A stretch of DNA of 62,323 bases, counting the filler, from Thermodesulfobacteriota bacterium (GTDB lineage: Bacteria; DASVDK01), in NCBI GenBank assembly GCA_036381125.1. It is 8 parts of 8 records of this genome, joined end to end, with 100 filler letters (N's around TTAATTAATTAA, not from the genome) between each part and the next. Parts side by side here need not be neighbours in the genome. Positions count along the whole stretch, not along the records: positions 53,662 to 58,670 come from DASVDK010000182.1; positions 58,771 to 62,323 come from DASVDK010000183.1; 6 more parts are not named here. One strand, given 5' to 3'. The notes beneath the pieces are model-generated. The model searched no databases. It was not told where the DNA came from and was given only the letters and a program-made list of their open reading frames with translations. Both the position numbers and the translations under genes were made by a program. Of this stretch, positions 56,599-62,323 are shown piece after piece. Numbering within the stretch: position 1 is the stretch's first letter; each line of letters begins with the position of its first letter.

Positions 56599-56689
56599 GC
56601 GCGGGGAGCCAGGTACGACACGACCTTGGCGCGTGCGACCGGCTCGGAGGCGGGGCGCACGTGCCCCAGTGGGACAGGCCCGGCCCCGG

Positions 56690-57742
56690 TCAGGTCCCTG
56701 ACGGAGCCCCCGGGGCGGCCAGGGCTTTGACCAGGCCCATGAGCAGGGTGACGACCATCGGCCCGACGAAGAGCCCGATGGCCCCGAAGGCGGCCACGCC
56801 GCCGATGACCGCGAAGAGGCCGAGCAGGAAGGGGATTCGCACCCCCCCGCCGCTCAGTATGGAGGAGCGGATGAGGTTGTCGCTGGTGCTCACCACGAGC
56901 CCGCCCCAGGCGAGCAGGACGATCCCGGCCGCCGGGCGCCCCTGCAGGACCAGCCAGAGGCTCGCCGGGACGTAGACGATGGCCGCCCCGATGGGGGTCA
57001 GGGCCAGTACGGTCGTGATGGCGCCGAGGAGGACCGGGGCGCCGAGGCCGACGGCCCAGTAGCCGACGAGCGCGAGCAGTCCCTGTGCCGGCGCCGTGAG
57101 GAGCATGCCGTAGAGCACGTTGCGCACGGTCTGGCCGAGCGGCGCGAGGAGCGCCCGCGTCCGCGGCCCGGCGAGCCGCTCGGCGAGGCGGATGAGGAGC
57201 GGGCCGAGGTCGGCGCCGTGCCGGTAGAAGACGATCAGCGTGGCGAAGACGACGACGACGGAGAAGAGGCTTCGCCCCACGTCGCCCGCGGCGGCCGCCA
57301 GGTTGGAGGCCACGGTCCCCGCCTGGGCCAGGAGGAGCCGGTCGATCGCCTGGGCGTCGGCGAGGAAGACCGAGAGCCGGCCCGCGAGGGCCGGTCCGAC
57401 GTAGGGGAGCGTCTCGAGGCGCGCGAGGAACGACGCGAGGCCCCGCTCCTGGAGGCCGGCGAGCCACGACGGCACCGCGGCCAGCTCCCGGGCCAGGGCG
57501 AGCGAGAGGAGGAAGAGGGGCACGAGGACGAGCGCCGCCATGAGCGTCGTCGCGCACATGGCCGCGAGCAGCCGCCGGCCGCCGCACGCGCGCTCGATCC
57601 GCACGAAGACCGGCCAGGTGGCGTAGGCCAGGATGGCGGCCCAGGCGGCCGGCACGAGGAACGGCCGGAACACCGCATAGGCGGCGGCGAGGAGCAGCGC
57701 CAGGCCCGCGAGCTGGACCCAGCGCTGGACGTCTCGCGTCAC
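56690..57742 (-). CDS. AI-2E (PerM) family transporter
   Basis: WA.ILAY..WP, DNLIR and GG…FG.IGLF.GP. Confidence 0.9.
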   Translation of the reverse strand: MTRDVQRWVQLAGLALLLAAAYAVFRPFLVPAAWAAILAYATWPVFVRIERACGGRRLLAAMCATTLMAALVLVPLFLLSLALARELAAVPSWLAGLQERGLASFLARLETLPYVGPALAGRLSVFLADAQAIDRLLLAQAGTVASNLAAAAGDVGRSLFSVVVVFATLIVFYRHGADLGPLLIRLAERLAGPRTRALLAPLGQTVRNVLYGMLLTAPAQGLLALVGYWAVGLGAPVLLGAITTVLALTPIGAAIVYVPASLWLVLQGRPAAGIVLLAWGGLVVSTSDNLIRSSILSGGGVRIPFLLGLFAVIGGVAAFGAIGLFVGPMVVTLLMGLVKALAAPGAPSGT

Positions 57743-58670
57743 GAGGCGCCGACCGGAGCGCCGGCGCGCCCCGACGCGGCGAGCCGCCAGAGGGCGACGA
57801 CGATGGCGCCGAGCCCGACCACGACGGCGAGGAACAGGACCCACCCGCCGAGGACCGGCACGAGCCCGGCCACCGCCGCCAGCAGCACCGCGACCGCGTA
57901 CCCGGCCACCTCGGTGAGCCGGGAGGGGTCGGGCCCGGACACGGCGCGGGCGACGAGGTCGCCGAGCCAGGCGATCCCCACCACCAGGCCGCCGAGGAGC
58001 GCGATCGGATAGAGGGCGAGGACCGCCAGCCCGAGCCAGACGCCGACGACCGTCAGCAGGAGCACCAGCGCCAGCATCGGCGCCACCACGAGCGCGACGA
58101 ACCCCAGTCCGAGGCTCTTGCCCGGGTCGCTCGTCACCGTGCGGGCCGCCGCCAGCGTCCCGCGCGGCAGCGCCGCGAGCGCGACGACGCCGGTCACGAG
58201 GAGCGAGAGCCAGAAGACGAGCCACGAGAGGGAGCCGACGATGCCGAGCACCTCGCCGCCGGAGGCGCGCCACGCCTCGAGCCGCCCCATGGCCTCGACG
58301 CGCCAGTCGGCCGGGGGCATCGCCTCCACCGCGGCCAGCTCGGCCGCGGGGTCGATCCGGGGCTCGCTGCGCGTGGCGTGGAAGAGGGTGCCGCCGACGC
58401 GCGCGCCGGGGAGCACCTCGAGGACGTCGGCGACCACCTCGACGTTGCCGGGCGTCTCGCCCGAGAGCCGGACGTGCCCGCCGTAGATCTCGATGCCCCG
58501 CCCGTGCCGACCACCCACGTCGACCTCGCCGCCGGCGACCCGGCTGCGGCCGGCCACGCGCGTCTCGGGGGTCACCGTGACCCTGCCGCCCGCGGCGATC
58601 AGGTCGCCGCCGAGCCGGCCGCCGAGGCGCAGCTCCCCCCCGGCGGCGCGCACGTCGTCGCCGATCTCGC
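57739..58670 (-). CDS. Bactofilin-like beta-helix + multi-TM membrane protein, 5' truncated
   Basis: Repeated G-D-x-x-AAGG-x-V-x-x units followed by 5-6 TM segments. Confidence 0.7.
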
Positions 58671-58770
58671 NNNNNNNNNNNNNNNNNNNNNNNNNNNNNN
58701 NNNNNNNNNNNNNNTTAATTAATTAANNNNNNNNNNNNNNNNNNNNNNNNNNNNNNNNNNNNNNNNNNNN
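58671..58770. other. Artificial contig linker
   Basis: N-run with TTAATTAATTAA. Confidence 0.99.
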
Positions 58771-58771
58771 T

Positions 58772-59554
58772 GCGTCAAGCATCAACAAACTCGACTGCGC
58801 GACCAACACGTGGTCGGCCGTCACGCCGACGGGCGAGACGCTCGCCGCTCGCGCCTTCCCCAAGTGCGCGTACGACCCGGACCGCGACCGGGTCATCATC
58901 CACGGCGGCGTGGGGGCCGGGTCGACGATCCTCACCGACACGCTGGAGTTCGACCCGGCGACCAACGCCCTGCGCACGCTCGTCGTGATCGGCGGCCCGC
59001 CGCCGGGCGATGATACGACCTTCGCCTTCGCCTACTCGCCCGATCACCGGCTCTTCCTCCGGTACACCTCTTCCGGGGGGACGCCAGACTTCTGGACGCT
59101 TGCGTTCCCCACGGGCGACGACCTCGTCGCGATCGGTCGCGGGAGTCTCGCCTACGCGGGCGGCGCGCTCGCGGTCAACGCGAGTTGGGCGGTCGGCCGC
59201 GGGCTCGTAAGTTACGCCGGTCGCGCCCTTCAGTTGATCGAGGCTGCGGCAATCGGCCGGGGGGCGCTCACATACACCGGGCGCAGCCTTGCGGTCAACG
59301 TGGCCGTCGCGCTCGGTCGCGGGGCCCTGACCTACGCGGGCCGCGCGGTGGATGTGCTCACGGCGGGCGCCGTGGCCATCGGCCGCGGGGCGCTCACGTA
59401 CATCGGGCGCGCCGTCACGATCATCGAGAATCAGACAGTGACGATCGGGCGTGGGGCGATCAGCCACGTCGGTCGGACCGTGACGGTACTCGTGGGCGGG
59501 GTCGCGGCGGCCTTCGGGCGACTCCTGCCCTGGCTCCGGCGGCGGAGGCGGTAG
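58772..59554 (+). CDS. Kelch-like repeat protein with six C-terminal GRG-x-L-x-Y-x-GR repeats (5' truncated), probable virion protein
   Basis: Open from the contig edge: TNTWS…AYDPDRDRVIIHGG…EFDPATN, then tandem 20-22 aa repeats and RRRRR. Confidence 0.65.
   Translation, partial: ASSINKLDCATNTWSAVTPTGETLAARAFPKCAYDPDRDRVIIHGGVGAGSTILTDTLEFDPATNALRTLVVIGGPPPGDDTTFAFAYSPDHRLFLRYTSSGGTPDFWTLAFPTGDDLVAIGRGSLAYAGGALAVNASWAVGRGLVSYAGRALQLIEAAAIGRGALTYTGRSLAVNVAVALGRGALTYAGRAVDVLTAGAVAIGRGALTYIGRAVTIIENQTVTIGRGAISHVGRTVTVLVGGVAAAFGRLLPWLRRRRR
59129..59500 (+). repeat. Six degenerate in-frame tandem repeats (60-66 nt)
   Basis: AIGRGSLAYAGG / AVGRGLVSYAGR / AIGRGALTYTGR / ALGRGALTYAGR / AIGRGALTYIGR / TIGRGAISHVGR. 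Confidence 0.85.
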
Positions 59555-59557
59555 GCC

Positions 59558-60562
59558 GTGAACTACGACTCGGTCGCCGACCTGAAGGCCGATGCCCTCT
59601 TCCGGGCCGGGGAGCCGACCGACGGCTCATCCGACTTCGAGAGCGTCGTCGTTACCTACCTCAACGCCATTCAGCAGGGCCTCCTCATCGGCGGGCCCTT
59701 CGGCACCCGGCCGGAGGCGGGGCTCCCGGCGCTGCCGATCGTGGACTGGTGGTGGGCGCGCAAGCTCGCGGTGCTCTCGACCGACGCCGCGATCACGACG
59801 GGGACGGTCACGCTCACCAAGCACTCGACCACGGTCACCTTCTCGGACGCGCCGACGGTGGATGTGACCGACTGGTTCCTCGTCGTGGGCACCCGCATCG
59901 TGGTGCCCCAGATCGTGGCGCACGTCGCCATGAGTGACACGGCGACCCTCGATGCCCCCTGGCCCGATGTCACGACGACCGAGACCTACGTCTTGGCCAA
60001 CCTGCGCGTCCCGCTCCCCGCGGACTGGCTCCGGCCGGTCGGGGCGGGGCGGGTGACCGTGGCCGATCCGCCGGCGGTGTCGTGGCTGCGCATCGTCGAC
60101 TGGTCGACGCTCGAGGCGATGGCCCCGCGGGCCTCGCTCGCCGAAGGCGTGCCGCGCGTGGCCGCGCTCATGGACGAGACGACGCTGGAGGTTCGGGCGT
60201 GGACCGAGAGTCCGGCGCGGCTGGAACTGCCCTACCTGGCGCTGCCGGCCGATCTCGCGACCGGGGGCACGCCGGTCCTCCCGCGGCATCACCGGCGGCT
60301 CCTCGCGGTCGGGGCGGCGCTCCTCATCCTCCTCGACAAGGCCGACGACAAGGCAACCGCGCTCGTCTCGGAATTCCGCGGCCTCCACGCCGCGCTCGTG
60401 CAGGAGCACACGCACCGGATTCGGCGCCTCTCGCCCGCGTTCGGCCAGATTCACCCGCGGCCGGGCGCACGGGCGTCGCGGCTCGTGACGGCCTCGGGGA
60501 TCGTGCTCGACGAGGCGGCCTTCGGTCAGGGCCCCTTCGGCGACGGGGTCTTCGGGAGCTAG
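59558..60562 (+). CDS. Putative phage head-tail adaptor protein
   Basis: N-terminal helices (YLNAIQQ…WWW), LP.DW.R, P.LP..H..LL..GA helical end, FGxGxFG tail; position supports the call. Confidence 0.55.
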   Translation: MNYDSVADLKADALFRAGEPTDGSSDFESVVVTYLNAIQQGLLIGGPFGTRPEAGLPALPIVDWWWARKLAVLSTDAAITTGTVTLTKHSTTVTFSDAPTVDVTDWFLVVGTRIVVPQIVAHVAMSDTATLDAPWPDVTTTETYVLANLRVPLPADWLRPVGAGRVTVADPPAVSWLRIVDWSTLEAMAPRASLAEGVPRVAALMDETTLEVRAWTESPARLELPYLALPADLATGGTPVLPRHHRRLLAVGAALLILLDKADDKATALVSEFRGLHAALVQEHTHRIRRLSPAFGQIHPRPGARASRLVTASGIVLDEAAFGQGPFGDGVFGS

Positions 60563-60566
60563 CGCG

Positions 60567-62159
60567 GTGCCGTACACGGGGCATACCATCACGATCCCCG
60601 CGGGCCTGGGCGGGCTCGTGTTCGACCGGAACCCGGATCAGGTGCCCATCACGCACCTGACCGAGGCGCGCAACGTCGTGATCGACCGCGGCGCATGGCG
60701 CAAGGCCCCCGGGGCCGCGACCTTCGGGAGCGCCATCACCGGCGCCCCCGCCATCCGGGCGATCCTCGACTGGCGGCCGACCTCGGCCGTGCAGAAGCTC
60801 CTCGTCTATGCCGGGGACGGGACGGTCTACAAGGACGACGGGGCGGGCGACCTCGATGCCGTGACGCTCGTCTCGGGCCTCTCGACGACGGCGCGGGGCC
60901 AGTGGGTGACCGCGGGCGCCGAGGCGGCGGGGAACGCGCGCAAGGCGGTGCTCTTCACGGGGGCCGACCAGCCGCAGGTGCTCGCGGGCGATGGGGCCAC
61001 GATGGCCGCGGTGACCGAGCCCGCGGCCGATTGGGCGACGGACAAGCCGGTCGGGGGCGTGGTCCATCAGGGCCGGCTCGTCGCCTTCGCCGGCCACCGC
61101 ATCTACCTCTCCTCGGCGACCGATCACGAGAAGTTCGTGACGGGCGGCCTCCAGTTCGCGATCTTCCCAGGCGTCGGCGAGCGCGTACAGGCGGCCGTGA
61201 CCTTCCAGGGGCGGCTCTACCTCTGGAAGTACCCGCAGGGCATCTTCTGGCTCGACGACTCGGACGTGAATTCAGCCAACTGGGCGATCCGGCCGCTCTC
61301 GTTTGCGCTCGGCTGCGCGCCGTCGCCGAAGGCCGTGCTGCCGATGGCGAACGATGTCCTCTTCTGGTCGGCTGATGGGCGGCTCCATCTCCTCTCGGCC
61401 GTGCAGGAGACGGCGGGGGAGGGCGTCGGCACCTCGGACCTCTCGGGCGCGCTCGCGCTCCAGCAGTTTTTGGCCGAGACGGTCGCCTTAGGCGCGCTGT
61501 CGCAGATGGATGCCGTCTGGTACGGCGCGGAGCAGACGGCGTGCTTCGCGCTGCCGCGGTTCGGGACGAGCCTGAATACGGTGCTCCTCCTCCTCAACTT
61601 CGAGGGCCGGGCGCGGAACGAGGGGGTCAAGCCCACCTGGCTCGACTTCGCGCGGGTCGAAGCGCTGGCGCTCCGCAAGGAGGCCGATCAGGTCGAGCGA
61701 CCCCTCTTCGGCGACCACCAGGGCGTGGTCCGCAAGCTCTTCCAGGCCGCGCGGTCGGTCGACGGCGTGGGCTACGTCGGGCAGTACGCGACGCCCGACA
61801 CGGACTTCGGCTTTGCCGATGCCTCGCTCGGCCCGAAGCGGAAAAACTTCGACGCGCTCGAAGTGGTCTCGCTCTCGACGGGCGCGTGGACGGCGACGGT
61901 CGAGGTGTGGATCGACGGCCGCCGCACGCAGACGCTCCAGTTCGGGCAGGGGTCGGGGGGCGCGGTGCTCGGGTCCACGTTCGTGCTCGGCACGGCGGTG
62001 CTCGGCGCCGCGGGCGTCGCGCAGCGGCGCCGACGCCTCACGGGCAACGGCCGGCGGCTGCGCCTCGTGGGCGCGAATGCCGCCGCGGGCGAGGACTTCT
62101 GGATCGCGGGCCACCGCGTGAGCTTCCGCGTGGCCGGCGAAGAGGAGCGCGCGGACTAA
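60567..62159 (+). CDS. Putative phage tail nozzle / DNA-stabilisation protein (P22 gp10 / T7 gp12-like propeller)
   Basis: GGL…NV…G…K.PG N-terminus, H.GRL..F, GC.P…, Y.T…FG…KRK.F. Confidence 0.6.
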   Translation: MPYTGHTITIPAGLGGLVFDRNPDQVPITHLTEARNVVIDRGAWRKAPGAATFGSAITGAPAIRAILDWRPTSAVQKLLVYAGDGTVYKDDGAGDLDAVTLVSGLSTTARGQWVTAGAEAAGNARKAVLFTGADQPQVLAGDGATMAAVTEPAADWATDKPVGGVVHQGRLVAFAGHRIYLSSATDHEKFVTGGLQFAIFPGVGERVQAAVTFQGRLYLWKYPQGIFWLDDSDVNSANWAIRPLSFALGCAPSPKAVLPMANDVLFWSADGRLHLLSAVQETAGEGVGTSDLSGALALQQFLAETVALGALSQMDAVWYGAEQTACFALPRFGTSLNTVLLLLNFEGRARNEGVKPTWLDFARVEALALRKEADQVERPLFGDHQGVVRKLFQAARSVDGVGYVGQYATPDTDFGFADASLGPKRKNFDALEVVSLSTGAWTATVEVWIDGRRTQTLQFGQGSGGAVLGSTFVLGTAVLGAAGVAQRRRRLTGNGRRLRLVGANAAAGEDFWIAGHRVSFRVAGEEERAD

Positions 62160-62323
62160 TGGCCTACCCGTACAGTCCAATAACCCGCGTCGACGGCGAG
62201 GTCATCACGGCGGCCAAGTACATGGCCGATCAGATCCAGCACGCGACCGAGAACCGGCCGACCTCGATCGATGACGCCTCGACGGATGTCACGGCCTTCC
62301 GGACGACCAAGGACCCGGGAGCC
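62159..62323 (+). CDS. Probable tail-fibre N-terminus (3' truncated)
   Basis: TAATG overlap; MAYPYSPITRVDGEVITAAKY…PTSIDDAS…DPG. Confidence 0.55.
   Translation, partial: MAYPYSPITRVDGEVITAAKYMADQIQHATENRPTSIDDASTDVTAFRTTKDPGA

Larger units (their letters stand above)
58771..62323 (+). mobile_element. Phage/prophage virion (tail) module, podovirus-like
   Basis: Tightly packed co-oriented genes resembling adaptor, nozzle and tail-fibre proteins; more A/T-ending codons than the other contigs. No capsid or integrase is visible. Confidence 0.7.

Noticed and set aside
12190-58770. Recurring TTAATTAATTAA palindromes within N-runs
   Set aside because: Artificial all-frame-stop linkers. Adjacency across them has no biological meaning.
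59129-59500. Tandem repeats as a CRISPR array
   Set aside because: They are degenerate, in-frame and protein-coding, with no identical repeats, spacers or cas genes.
538-62180. Many long Arg/Pro/Gly-rich overlapping ORFs (e.g. 7495-10008, 14654-17398, 23554-26013)
   Set aside because: Shadow ORFs caused by high GC; each overlaps a motif-supported gene.

Overview
The window is not one locus. It is eight contigs of a very GC-rich bacterial assembly, probably a MAG, joined by 100-nt N/TTAATTAATTAA linkers. Contig 1 (1-12189): end of an mrpDEFG antiporter operon, a DksA-like gene, a GalT-like/YkgJ/M28 operon, tctCBA, small Fe/Fe-S proteins and an amidohydrolase. Contig 2 (12290-19890): M1 aminopeptidase, pdxH, rnk, a Crp/Fnr regulator with a candidate target box, and norD. 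Contig 3 (19991-26093): LtaS/sulfatase-like enzyme, D-aminoacylase and a peptide ABC transporter. Contig 4 (26194-41293): UDG, cytochrome c, lysA-dapA-dapB, dNK, smpB-tmRNA, then an amidase, a C69 peptidase and an urt-like ABC transporter. Contig 5 (41394-46686) is the most interesting. It carries a B12-domain radical SAM gene whose apparent UGA stop is probably selenocysteine (…WFC-U-AEP tail plus a SECIS-like hairpin), heading an nfuA-DUF169-ATP-grasp operon. Divergent from it, an unannotated poly-Cys leader peptide and an RBS-sequestering hairpin precede a decayed sulfite reductase and a RimK-like ligase. Contig 6 (46787-53561): peptidoglycan recycling genes (anmK-SIS-nagA, nagZ). Contig 7 (53662-58670): sigma54-driven Acg nitroreductase and a P-type ATPase. 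Contig 8 (58771-62323): podovirus-like tail genes. All product calls come from motif recognition by eye; no database searches were run.
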